Made by a program: the position numbers and the translations under genes. A stretch of 63,091 bases of DNA, the filler included, from Choristocarpus tenellus KU-1152 (taxonomy: Eukaryota > Protista > Phaeophyceae), in the NCBI GenBank assembly GCA_964200185.2. It is 14 parts of 14 records of this genome, joined end to end, with 100 filler letters (N's around TTAATTAATTAA, not from the genome) between each part and the next. Parts side by side here need not be neighbours in the genome. Positions count along the whole stretch, not along the records: positions 46,443 to 51,430 come from CAXNAD020012264.1; positions 51,531 to 56,493 come from CAXNAD020012358.1; positions 56,594 to 59,693 come from CAXNAD020022325.1; positions 59,794 to 63,091 come from CAXNAD020020952.1; 10 more parts are not named here. One strand, 5' to 3'. Below are positions 50,012 to 62,759 of this stretch, in pieces. The notes under the pieces are model-generated. The model was given only the letters and a program-made list of their open reading frames with translations. It did not search any database and was not told the DNA's origin. Position 1 is the first letter of the stretch, and each line of letters starts with the position of its first letter.

Positions 50012-51387
50012 TTGTGAATCGTGTGATTCTGTGGCAGCGTGGTTCACTCAGGTAAGGGTGGTGAAGAGAACCACCAGGCAAGACGAACCAGACGAACAAA
50101 GACGAACCGTAACCGAGAGTACGAGGTTAAGGTTGGACAAGTACCTGCAAAGACTTGTATAGTGTTGGCAGTCTCCTCTAGGATAAGATCCGCCTTGATA
50201 AATTTCGAGGCGATGCAAGGCGTCCTGATCGGTGATCAGCACATCAAATTAAAGCTGAGATCGGATGCTTTCGATTGGGGCGAAGAAATCCAGTCGCAAA
50301 TTATTTTGTGCTGAGTTAGTAAATGCCGAAAGGTTCGGTTGAATTGCCAAAAAAATGAAATCGCTGAAAATCGCACCAAGATTTTTTTTACGACCGGTTT
50401 TCTTTTTGCCAATCGACTTTTTATAATCTCAGCTTTAATTTATGCGCTGATCACCGATCAGGACGTCTTGCATCACCTCGAAATTTATCAAGAACTGCGA
50501 TCCTATCATAAAGAAACTGTAAACAATACACTGTGTGAGAACTTAACAGCTTAACCTTCGCACGCAGCTCACTACAACATACATTGTCCACGCAGGACTC
50601 GGCACAATGGCTGCGGAAGTCTCTCTATCGAAGGACATGCTGGATATTGTGGTGCGGTCTCTACCTCCAGGCTTCAAATTTCACAGAATTCGAAGGCTGA
50701 GGTTGGACAGAGCGTACACACTGGTGATTGCTGTGTGTCGAGAGGTGGACTCACTCGCGCTTGATCGAGTGGATCAGTCAATCACTGCAGAGTAAGAAAT
50801 CAAAGAGAGGTCGCGACTACAACGCAGAGGGTGTATTCTTGGCCATGCTCGATGATGAGGGCTGGCTGACTGGTCGGTGTCTGATGAGGCCTTAGGCATA
50901 ACAGTGGAGCTACAATAGCAATGAAGAGTTTAGGTTTGCACACAGACAGATGACACATGGAGGATCACGGCTGTTCTTCTCCAATGAAAAAACTCGTTTT
51001 GGGAGAAGAGAAACAGCCTTCCAAGCCATATACTGGACGACTGACGGACGGATGTCTAAGTAACTTGATTTTAGAGAGGAAAATCGCCCTCTTGGCTATC
51101 CCATAACAACTAACCCCAACTATATCTAATTATGTTACCCCTCATTCAAGATCCACATCAAGCTTTATTTCGACGAAAAACTCAACTCTGATCAAAAGTT
51201 AGAGCAATAAAAATCCTGCCTTAGAGGCGACTGTCAACACCATAAGGAAATTGAGGAGTGATGAGAATCTTGAGAGAGGGGGATCATCACCAAAGGTCAA
51301 GATGTGAGAACAAAGTGAATCCTTCGTATTTGACAAGTGTGAGGGAAGAGCATTCCCAAATCTGTGGAACTGGTCCCTTGAAGAGAT
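50012..51387 (-). mobile_element. Second, diverged copy of the Gypsy LTR, split by a ~1.1-kb insertion and then hit by MITE A (51388-51430)
   Basis: 50012-50141 matches the reverse complement of ~38655-38784; homology resumes at ~51248 (AAATTGAGGAGTGATGAG...GTGAGAACAAAGTG). Confidence 0.82.
50160..51242. mobile_element. Non-autonomous TA-flanked TIR element (Tc1/mariner/pogo-like) containing an internal ~100-bp inverted repeat (50160-50261 / 50426-50530)
   Basis: TA|TAGTGTTGGCAGTCTCCTCTA...TAGAGGCGACTGTCAACACCA|TA; the long arm CTTGATAAATTTCGAGG...AAATTAAAGCTGAGAT is inverted at 50426-50530. Confidence 0.72.
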
Positions 51388-51993
51388 GAGCCAAATTATC
51401 TTGGAGGGTAGAGCCGCGTCCATTTGGGGGNNNNNNNNNNNNNNNNNNNNNNNNNNNNNNNNNNNNNNNNNNNNTTAATTAATTAANNNNNNNNNNNNNN
51501 NNNNNNNNNNNNNNNNNNNNNNNNNNNNNNAGAGGGGAGAAGGGGAGTGAGAGAATAGAGAGTTCAAGGGGTGTGATGGACGTGCAGGGAGGGGGGGGGG
51601 AGGGGGTTGTGGTTATTTTTTACAGTATACGTTGCTAATGTGGTGATGCTCTTCTACATCCCAACCTATTTTTTGGAGTACATTTTTGATTTTTTCATTG
51701 TATTCAAGCAAAAACAGATGGATAGACATCTTCGACCCTGGACATGTATTCGTGTTGTCTGATGTTTGTGTATGGAAAAGGGGGAGTTATGCCTACCCTC
51801 TTCTCATGTTTCTCCCTGTGAAATAGTGCAGTTCTTGTGATATTGATAGTGGTACTCTGACTGTGAAGAGGATACACCTTTGTATGACAACCATGTTGAT
51901 TGGTGTTAGGGTTAGAGCCTCGTTCCATTGCTTGGTCTAGTGTACCTGAAGCGTATGCAGACATTTTGAGATGTACTAGATAGCTCTGTCTTG

Positions 51994-52165
51994 TGATGTT
52001 TCATCCAGACCTCAATACTCTTGATGGCTGATGGCTAATAAAGACATCAGAGACATCCTCTTTCCTGTTACATCCACCTTGATGTTTCATCCAGACCTCA
52101 ATACTCGTGATGGCTGATGGCTAATAAAGACATCAAAGATATCCTCTTTCCTGTTACATCCACCT
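51994..52165. repeat. 86-bp tandem duplication
   Basis: TGATGTTTCATCCAGACC...CATCCACCT occurs twice with a few substitutions. Confidence 0.92.
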
Positions 52166-55100
52166 TGAGAACTCTAGTGGCCTTTCTTAACCTTTTCCAA
52201 TACTTTCTCACCTTCACCAACAACTCATCCCCCCCTACTACCCCATCCTTTTGTACTGTACTTTCTCGTGTGTTATGACGAGTCAGGATGCAGTAGTTGC
52301 CAGCCAACCCATGCCAGGTGACCACAAGTATGTGTTAGTACTGGATTTGTGTCAATCATTTTCTGAAGATGTTAAGAAACTTAGTACCCCGCCACAATTG
52401 TACTGCAATTGTAACATGGGTAGAATGTGGCTGTTATGTTTGACTCTGCCTGCATGATATCAATACCTTCTTTTGCGTAATTGAACCTAGATTGTTGTAA
52501 CTGTCGTTGTAGATATTGTTCTTATTGCTGCACCTCAATAATATGTGTATTCCGTACTGTAGATTTTTTTTGTGTAGCTTACCTAACCTCCACATTGTAA
52601 ATTGTGCATGACAAGTGAAATGAATCCAAGTAAGTTGATATATTATAGTGTAGACAGACACAGTGTAGTGTGTCCTGCCCATTGCAACTGTGGATTGCAT
52701 GAACAAGGTAGGGTGAAGGCCGTTGTTCTTAGATTTGTTTGTACCAATGTGGACTATGTGGCTATGTGTTACTGCCAATGCCCTTTCTTTGATCCTCTTT
52801 CAAAATTCAACATTTCATTTCATTTTATCTACCCCCCTGTTCCCCTGTGCTGAATGGTTTATTGTGTTTCTTTCCCTGTGCTATGGGGGACAGAGGAATA
52901 CTCCAGCTGGAAATCTAAAGTACTCTGCCATGACTGTGATCAAATCACAGAAGTCCCGTATCACTTCTATTACCTCAAGGTGCAGTTTTTGTACTTTTGT
53001 TCAAGTTAGGGTTAGGGTAAGATTTAGGGTCCATAACGTCTCTACCATTGTTACCTTAATAGGTGCAGTTTTCTTCTCAATCATTTGAATTCGTACACCA
53101 TTCTATCATTTCCCCTACCAAATCCCATGTTCACAAATCTTCATTGCCATCTTATTTTGGCTCTCAACACAAGATTAACCTAGAATGTGTCAAGTATATG
53201 TTCCTATTGTGAGAAATGTGTGTGACTACCACAGTAGTGTTGACAGGGTAGTATCTCTCCGTGAGGATGGGAGATTTATACAGAGAGAATGGATTAAAGA
53301 GCTATAAAGTGGGTGGAACTGGGAGGGTGAGGTGAAAAACAATGCCTTATTGTCTAATTGAGGGTCAGTGATATACACATACACGTATGTATTTTCATTG
53401 TTACGTTCATACTGTATTATGTCAAGTTGGATCCAGCTTTAGTTGAGGAATTTATTTTGAGAAATATATTTTTATTTATTTAGGGTAAACATGGTCTCAA
53501 AATACGGCACTTACCATTCACAGATATTCTGGAAAAGCTACCTTTTGTGTGTAGGCTGTAACTAGAATGTTAGACCCCTTACATTTTTTTTTTCTGGTAG
53601 CGCTTAAGTGGTTTAACGATTTGGGGTGCGGAAAGGGGGTCACTTGTTGTAGTTGGCACTGCTGTTACATGATAATAATAGGTAGGGTTAAGGTCTTGTC
53701 AAGAGATTGAGGGCCTGATGACATGTCCCAACAGACCTTGAGGGTGCCAAACCAGAGGACATGAAGGATGAGTTGAAGGGGAGATTAATATTTGGTGTAG
53801 AAGATTGAACAAACACAATCAGGGGGACTTTGGGTCAAGTATCGGCACTGGGTACTCCTCACTGTATGACTTACTTCAAGGTAGCAAACATACAAAGTCA
53901 AGTTCAATGGTACTACTAATACTTTGTAGTCACACATAGGGTTAGGGTAAGGGTAAGGGTAAGCATTTTTAAATGTGGGCATGTGGACGGTGCCTCTGAT
54001 CCACTCTTTCCTCTGAATGAACTGCTGCTGCAACCATTGAAACTCGTATCATCATGAACAGTGTGGGTCTTGTGGATCGTACAATACTAGGGCAGAGGGA
54101 CAGGTGCCCCCGGAAGGAGTTGTGCAAGATGATCACTCTGGCGCTGGGGATACCAACTCTGCTTCTGGACCCTGAGGGAAAGCATTATGAATTGGTCACT
54201 CATTGATATGTGGAGACAAACGTTGATGACATTTTGAGCTGGTTATGGAACAGATGTGTAAGGTGTTGGAGAATTGTGAAGTGATCAGCGTCAGAAAATA
54301 ATGCAGTTTTGAAGGTTATCAAATGTAGAATGAACCCATTTAGCTATTGCCACCCTGGGAAGTTTGACCTTCTGGAGAAGGATGTGATAGTGTTTGTTGA
54401 TGCTATAGTGTGATCTTATCTTGTCAAAGGTTTCTCCCATCATCATACTGTGCTGCAGACCAACTAGTCGTAACCCTTCCATAGATCAATCCCGATCATT
54501 AATTGTAGTAGTAATAGGGTTTGTGTTCGCCTGCATGGATTGCTGTATCTGTGGCCATTGTTTTGGAGTGTAGATGGGGGTTTAATTGGCAGGTTAAGCC
54601 AGAAACTTATCATATTTTTTTTTATGAACCTGTTGTCATGATCATACAACATACAGTAGTAGAGGTATATGGGAATGTATATTTGTTGCAGAATTGGGTG
54701 CATGCGCATCTTCGTCACATCTTTGTGATGGAGTCAGAGCAACTTCTCTCTGGTGTAGGCAGGGTTAGGGTTGCCCTTGCTGCTTTGTTGTGCACTACTT
54801 GGTATATTTTATGTTAGAAAACTGGAAAGATTTGACTGGTCCACAGTTGGGTCTTACACCTCAGTTAAACTGGAAATCAAGTCAAGATCGTACTTGGAAG
54901 AGAGTGCACAACTACTATAGTGCTATTATCATTTATACCAGTTTGATTATGCACAAGGTAAGAGACAAGACTAAGGAGGAATAGGGAGGGGGCCTGGTCA
55001 TTGCTACATGTATTTTTTGTTACGAGTGCACAGGTTTTGACAATTTTGTCTCATTCTGGAGAAGAAACTGAATTGGGCTCACTTTCGTCCTTGGTATGGT

Positions 55101-56064
55101 GATAGATTGTATTCTTATACCTCTATCCGTCCACTGTGGTTGGCACAAGCACCTTGGTGACCCTTGGGCGGTATTTGCTGGAGCTGATTTCCGATCGCAA
55201 CACACACCGTTGGAGAGTTTCTTAGTAGGGTGGGCCACGGCTGGAAGGAACAGCACTTCTAAGTAAAGGATTCGGTGGTATCGAAAAGTCCCCAAAGTTG
55301 TCTTTGTTACGATCGGTTTCTCCTTCGTCTTGCGAGCCTTTTCGACCTTCTTTCGGGCTTAAGAGCCTTTGTAGCCCAACCCTAACGCCTTATTTCTCGT
55401 TTCCTTAAGCCACTCTGGCTCAAATAGGTTGTAAATAGCCAGGGTCTGCTGCAACTGTCGACTACTAAAATATTTTACGCCTGGGTTTTCGCTTAGGCGT
55501 TTCCTAAGCGCAATGGCCCGCAGTCGCACTGTTCTCCTCCACTGCCTTCCCTTTGGCCGGGCACTCTGGTTCTCCCTTCGCCCGTCGTGACCAGGCTTCC
55601 CCACAAATTTCGTCACTGTACCACCTGGTGATGGACTCGCTTCTCTCTTTCGGCTTTTCTGAGGCAGCAGAGAATGTAGAACGGTGCTCCGATGTGGTTG
55701 AATAACCAACCACGTTTGTGTGGTAATGCTTTCCATGCATCTTCTCTCAGCGTCAGTGTTGCGGCCGCGTGATCCATTGCGCGATTGGTCATGCTGCTGC
55801 GCCACAGTACACACGCACTTTCTCGTCACCTAACATTGCACCGAATGTCGTATGGTACTTGCTTTTTTGTCGCTTCTCGACAGAAAAGGTGCCGAGGGTA
55901 GATCCTGGGGGCAAAGTGGGCCTTGGTAGCTCTCCGTGGTTCTTGTAGCTGTGTGGGTCGGTCACGTGTGTGTGTGCTTTCAAAAAGTCTGCAAATGACA
56001 CTAAAAAGATATCGGCAAATCTTTTTTCGGTATTGCCACAAGTAAATATTCTTTTTTTTGCATT

Positions 56065-56290
56065 GAACGTTCAGCCAACCACTTCATTTTTGTATTTTTT
56101 TTTCTTAGGCTGTCACCATCCAAATTGCGCAAGAGATGTTCCCCCGCCTTTCTGGCATTCTTTGATTGGGGCATAGTTCCCGTTCACTGGAATTAGTACA
56201 TTCCTGCATACAAATAAGTCTTGAACACATCCTGTCATAATAAGCTTTCATTTGATATATATATTGTTGTATAGTTTGAAATGCAGTAGG
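56065..56290. repeat. Dispersed repeat homologous to ~56748-56960 (probable DNA-transposon subterminal region)
   Basis: Shared GTTCAG.CAACCACTTCATTTTTGT, CATAG.TCCCGTTC and CTTTCATTT on two different contigs. Confidence 0.7.
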
Positions 56291-57784
56291 GACCCCAATT
56301 TTGGGCCAAACATTATGAACCGAATCGAAAAATATGCAATTTTGTACCGCCTTTTTTGACATGCTAAGAAAAATAGGCTTTTGTACCGGAATTATCGTAT
56401 TCGGGCGACTTGGCACAAACTCCCAGAGATATTCTCGCGAGTTTGGCGCGCGCGTTAGAATTCTTGCGAAAAGTGCCTTTCTTCCTGAGTCATNNNNNNN
56501 NNNNNNNNNNNNNNNNNNNNNNNNNNNNNNNNNNNNNTTAATTAATTAANNNNNNNNNNNNNNNNNNNNNNNNNNNNNNNNNNNNNNNNNNNNCAAAAAT
56601 CGCGACATGAAAAAATTGACCCCAAATGGACAGCCACCAATCCCCCCCCAGATAATTTGAGTCAATCCTGAGGGGTTTTTTCGGTATCGCTACACCAGCC
56701 AAACTCGGATAGGGACGTGACGTACCCTGGACCAATTTTTGACAGGGAGTTCAGGCAACCACTTCATTTTTGTCCGTTTTGAAGTCGTGACCTTTCAAAA
56801 TTACGCCGGAGATATTCCCCCGCGTTTTTGTCATTATTTGATCGGGACATAGCTCCCGTTCCCCGAAGCCTGGACATTCGCGGATACAAACCTTCAAAAG
56901 CTCTTGTCATACCCTTTCATTTTATTTATACATTGCTATGTAACTGTTGTGGCGTTCCAGTGAAAAAAGATACGATTGCCACCGAGGGCGAAGCTATTAC
57001 TATTAGTACCGGCGAAGCTACTGATACACCCTTACAGGAGTACAATTTGTAATGCTTTCACCGCTTGGACTTTTTTTGGACAAGAACTCAGACTATGGTG
57101 AAAACCACTGAGGGGTTGGTGAGGTTTGAACCCATAAAATTCGAAGAAGTGCATTATTCAAATACCCACTCACCAAGAATGAAACGTATCGTCAACCATG
57201 GTTTAACCCCAAAAGGATTTCAAGTCCTTCACCTTAAAATTAGTAACATGTTACGCAAAAGACAGGATATCATACATAGTTAATAGAAATATACGTATTG
57301 CTAGTCACATAGAGTACAATATAAATCTTTATCGATCAAGTGGACTCTACCCCCATGTCATTACCCATAATAAATTGACAAAGTATCAGTTGATAAACAA
57401 AGGTGAGATGCAATCTCTGGGCATCACACATTACTACTACTACTACTACTACTTGTCATAGCATCTTTGAGGGTGGGGTATTTAGCCCAGGTTGTCCTTT
57501 CGGGGCTTGAAGGGGTTTTAAGATACCCCAGATTGATGCCCGTTTTGCGAGTGATTTTCCTTAGGATTTGGTTCATGTATGAAAAAGGAAGGTGCTTCCT
57601 AATGAAGTAAATTGCCCTTACATCTAACACGTTCACTCAGATGACATGAAATTCACTACAAATTTACACCAACCCTGAATGGACGCTTGACCCACCATCT
57701 GGGATACTATTGATGACTCCTGCCATCAATACTACATGGTGTGTGCCTGAACAAATTATACCTCAATCTACCTGGTATCTCAAC

Positions 57785-58046
57785 CAGTCAAACGAACGGA
57801 GAAGTAGGCAGGGTGGCAATTTAAGGATTCCGAGAAAGTGCAAAGAGATACTATTTTGTACAGGTGCAGAAAGAGACATTGCTGAATTGTGGTGTCAATT
57901 TGTCTGTAAAAAGGGGCGGGAGCAACAACTTTGCGTACCCTATTGTGCACATAAAGCAGGAAAATATATTGTATTCCGCAGGGTAAGAAGGATGGTGTAG
58001 AACGCAAAGCGGTCCCAACTTGCCCGTCTCTCAGCTGGATTGTCTC
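57785..58046 (+). mobile_element. MITE family D (decayed)
   Basis: Homologous over its full length to the reverse complement of 62760-63015; degenerate TIR CAGTCAAACGAACGGAGAAGTAGGCA / TGCCCGTCTCTCAGCTGGATTGTCTC. Confidence 0.75.
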
Positions 58047-58117
58047 TAATGTAATTAGAGAAGACAAAGTTCATCATGATCCCACTGGTAATTATGTGCA
58101 TAGTACGTGTATATAGT

Positions 58118-58376
58118 GAGTTTGATAAACAAAAGGTACCCAGGGTGGCATTTTAAGGATGCTGACAAAAATGTGCAAAATTCGGCATTTTTCACAGATA
58201 TGTGTAGGATATTTCTGAATTGTGTCGGAAAAGTTAAAAACAATAGAGAAATAAAATGCTCTCTGGACAACCTCAGAACTTCATCAATAGATATATGGGT
58301 GAATTATAAAAGGTAAAAAAACAGATTTGAAATGTAAAATGGACAAACCCTGGGTACCTCTCATTTGCTTTGGATC
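58118..58376 (-). mobile_element. MITE family C, AGT TSD
   Basis: AGT|GAGTTTGATAAACAAAAGGTACCC...GGGTACCTCTCATTTGCTTTGGATC|AGT; 259 bp. Confidence 0.85.
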
Positions 58377-60238
58377 AGTGTGTGTGTATATGTATGTATT
58401 ATGTATATATGTATGTACGAGGCACTTATTCATGTTGCTTTAAAATTATGTAATACGAGAAGGACCTGTTAGGGGGGACCATGAGATGTGTTACAATATG
58501 CTCCGTAAGCAACCTCCAAGTTACAAAACGCTCTGCAAACTTACCATAATGGGATATGCAGCTCCAATCCACAAGGCTATACGCGGACCATGAAGTTCGT
58601 ACAAAGCCTCCATAGTGTAAATATCTTCAAGTATGCTGGATCTCTCACTTCGATTATTCACTTCATGGGCATCATCAATATATAAAAGGACTGACCACGA
58701 TGTACCACCTCAATGTAGGTATTCCACGGATTGCTGTAAACACCTCAGATATGCAGGTAGCTGCATTGTGATTTTGGGATACGTTATTTCACCCTTGTAC
58801 CATGATGTCATCAGATCAGAAGAAACCTGAACACACAAAGTGGGCACCAGGAGGTGATCATAGGACCTGTGCGTCAAAGGCAGAAGAAGGGCAAAGGGAG
58901 GAATAAACTTGTGGTAAGGTTAAGCAGGATAACTGTAGATGTCGAGCAAAGGGAATGTATGACTAATATCTACAAATACTGCATTTGATAGAGCTTTAGA
59001 ACTTGCATAAATACTCAATACCATTTAGAACAAAACTTTTGTGAATAGGCACAACAATCTGTCTCGGACAGTATCTGACCAGGTGCTGTACCACACTATA
59101 TAATTTTGGCGACTGTGACAGATTGTCACGTTCGCGAACAAATAATAAAGAGCATGTGTTAGAAGAATCTTGGCAATGTGTACACTTGCAAAAAAATATT
59201 TGACGAAATGGAGGGATGGAGAATTATTATAGACACACGTGTCAATACATCGATTCAGATCGTGTTCGCCTATCAGATTGTATCAAATACCGCATGAAGG
59301 TCTCTTCGTTTCCACTGGTGCTAGAGAAGTGGTTGAACGGATTGCTTCCACTAGAATGTTCAACCGAGCCTACTTCTTCACTTATAACCCAATGGCAACC
59401 ACCCCCCACTCTGATTCGTGGGTGTTGAAGGATATAATTTTAACGAGTGTATATACTGTCACATTGTTCTGAATTATGTTATACGGTTACTATAATGCAC
59501 CATACATACTATACGCCCACAAAATCGTAACTATTTGACCCAAAGTATCTGGGGGAGGGGGGAGGTCTACACCAGGGTGTCCATTTGGGCCAAAATCAGG
59601 AAAAGTGCATTTACATTATCCATCCGACGTATGCAAAAAAAAAAAAAAAAAATCGCGACATGAAAAAATTGACCCCAAATGGACAGCCACCACNNNNNNN
59701 NNNNNNNNNNNNNNNNNNNNNNNNNNNNNNNNNNNNNTTAATTAATTAANNNNNNNNNNNNNNNNNNNNNNNNNNNNNNNNNNNNNNNNNNNNAAAACAC
59801 CAAAAAACCGGAAAATGAAAAAGAAGCCCGGAAAGGGACAGCCCCCCCCCCCCCCCCCCCCAGATACTTTGAGCCAAAATTGCAACGTTGGATTTTTTTC
59901 CCCAAATGGACACAGCTCTACCCTCTAAGATACTTTGACTTTGAGAGAAAACAACACGGCCTATTACCTGTTGGTACTCTTGCATATTATTATTGTTATT
60001 TTTATTCCTATTATATAAGGTGTTACTGATATTCGCTTTAGATATTCATTGCCAGAGTCCTTCTTGGTCATCCCAGTCTTCACATCACACATTCCTCTCC
60101 TGCCTCATCTATCTCCAATACTGTGAGTACGCCTCTTGAGATGAGGAACACCAGAATGTGCTCCTCCCATTTTCATGCCCACACCCAAGTACTGTTAGTA
60201 TCACCTTTTAGTAGCTGACATGTACTTTTTTTTTGCAG

Positions 60239-61296
60239 ACTTGCACAGATTGAGCTTTGGCAGGAGAGAGACACTGGGAAGTACACCCGTGGCAAGGTGT
60301 ACGTTCTTCCCAAGGTGTTGGATGAGAAGGTTTGTGTTTCCTGTCCCCTTGTCTCTAACAAAATATTAAATTTAGATGCGATCCTAACTATGGAGTACAC
60401 TAAAATAGTCCACAGTTTTGTACTTGATGGTGGACAGACTCAGGGTAAGGTTGGCTTGCTCATAGGAACGCATTCTTCTATATGGTATTGGTGTATGTGG
60501 TAGAGGGGGTTGTGCAATAGTGGGGGTGGGTGAAATGGGTGTCAAGACTTAGAGACGAGGATGTATTCACTGCTGTGAATACAAAATTTGTGTGAGCCAA
60601 AGTATCTTAGAGGGTAGAGCCACGTCCATTTGGGGGCCAAAATACAGTGTTGCGATTTCGATGTAAAATTTGGCTATCGTGTTTGTTAAGAAGTGTCAGT
60701 ATCTATGTTTGGGACACACTTTTTCATAACCTATACATTATACCTACTCCGAAATATTTTGGACTACGAAAATGTCATAAAAACCCTGAGGGAAGCCAAG
60801 CCCCAAATGGACAAACAGGGCAAAACTCGTACCCTCTAAGATACTTTCACTCTGTGGGAACCAGGCTCATCTGTAGATGTATTGAAGTGAATCTTGACTC
60901 TTGTTCGTAGATTCCTTCAATGTTCTCACACACCATGATGGCATGACAAGTACTTCAATAGAGAACATGTGAGCCCTTCAGAAGAGTTTCATTTCTTTTA
61001 TTTCCTCTCAGTGTTAGGGTGTGCCTTGCCAATTTGTAGGGAGTTCACTGTTTTGTTGAATGCATCATCTTGCACATGCCACTAGTTCTCCCCTAGAGTG
61101 GTATCAATCCAACGATCTATTTTGATGTAAAGAAAGAATGTGGAAGGGATCACTCTAGCCCTCATGAACAATGCAGGTTGCTCGACTGCACCTCAAGAGC
61201 CTTGGTGTCCGCCTGACTAAGCTCTCCAAGGAGCAGGCCGACTACATCTCAGTACCAGTGGACGGTCCCTACAAGCCTGAGGCCTATCGTTACTGA
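60239..61296 (+). CDS. AHCY: S-adenosyl-L-homocysteine hydrolase, last two exons
   Basis: Exons 60239-60329 ([30 protein letters not shown]) and 61177-61296 ([39 protein letters not shown]) reproduce the highly conserved SAHH C-terminus; canonical splice sites. Confidence 0.97.
60594..60852 (+). mobile_element. MITE family A, full length, TGT TSD, in the last AHCY intron
   Basis: TGT|GAGCCAAAGTATCTTAGAGGG...ATACTTTCACTC|TGT; 259 bp. Confidence 0.95.
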
Positions 61297-62759
61297 TATT
61301 TGATACTATTTCGTGACGATTTGAGAGGATCATGGAAGGTGTGGTGTTGTTTTATCTTTTTTTAGATTACTCACCCAGCAACCCACCCGGCAAGTCTAAT
61401 CAATACCTTGTCTACTTGTAGTGTACGGTAGGAAGTTTGGTGAGTGTGAGAAACGTTTTATTTGTGAGAATTGAAGGCATGGAAGAGTTGCCGTTACTCT
61501 GAGTGTTTGCTCGGGTGATTCCATCACTTGGTAGTACATATGTTGATTATGGACCTAAATAGTGGCATTCATTTACAAGTGAGGTAGGAGCTGAGAGATA
61601 TGGCGAGGTGGTTAAGAGCGAGACAGAAGTTGAGGCATTTTGTGATGCAGCCACAAGAAACACTGCATGACTTTTGGTTCGATATGGCATGTCCATGTTA
61701 TGTTTTTGTGTGACAACGACTCTTGTTTAGACTTTCCCTTTATGAGTGTGGGAAGGGTGTGGTGGAGCTGAAGAGTAGTTTCGGGCTTGTATAGCACAAG
61801 GTCTTGTTGTGAATACAATATCAGGAGCATTATGGCAGCGAAGTAAGGGTAAAGTTTTTTAAGACACCTATTTGGTTAGAGGGAGGGGGGGGGGGTATAC
61901 AGACGTCTTTCTTCGTTAAGTGCTGCATTGCAGCGATGAAGCTGCAGGATTGGGTGAGTTATGCACCTAAATAATTGCATTGTTTTGTCCACATGGGTCC
62001 AGTAGCATGGGAGTAGGATTTAGAAGTGTTCTATTCAGTGTGTGTACCACAGATGTTCTATGCGTGTACTTGGAGTACTGAACAAAGTTGACTATCTGGG
62101 GGAGATGAGCATTTCAATGCATTCAATTTCTCACTAGGCATTCTTATGTAATTCATTGCATATTGGTTTAATGTCACACCAACGATATGGTCATCCAGAG
62201 GGATGGTGTTCTTGGTTTGCCCTAACCTCCTCTTTGTGTTTGTGTACCCTTTTCTTTCTTTCGCTGTAAGATAGGTACATGTGCATTCAAAGATATTACC
62301 TATCTTACCGCTGAGATGAGCGGTAATATTTTTAAGTATTTAGTTCCTGCCCTATGTGATTGGGGTTGTCTGGAGATGACTGTGTATAGGTTTGCCATGC
62401 CCCGCCGAGAATAGAATGGGCCAGGCGTTTATTTCCCGTTTTTTCGTTCACATCTTCTTACTGGTGTGAAGGGATTAAAAAATAATCGAAGGATGTGAAA
62501 AAAAAACAGAATAAATAATCACGAGACACTCCTGGATAATATCGCTGTGGTGCTACGTAACTGTAATTCTTAGTGCAAGTCTCCATGCCCAATCATAGTG
62601 CTGTTGTTGTAATATCTATTTTTGTTGTAGATCGAAAACAATTAGGAATATAAATTGGACCCTGATTAACTGAATATATATATACTCCCAAGTACTTGAT
62701 TACGAATAAAATGTACAACGATCAGTACCGATTCGATTCACATCAAAGTATTTTGATTT

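Noticed and set aside
57710-58316. ORFs 57710-58000, 58107-58316 and 62738-62986 as a paralogous protein family
   Set aside because: The similarity is bounded by TIRs and TSDs; these are non-coding MITE families C and D.
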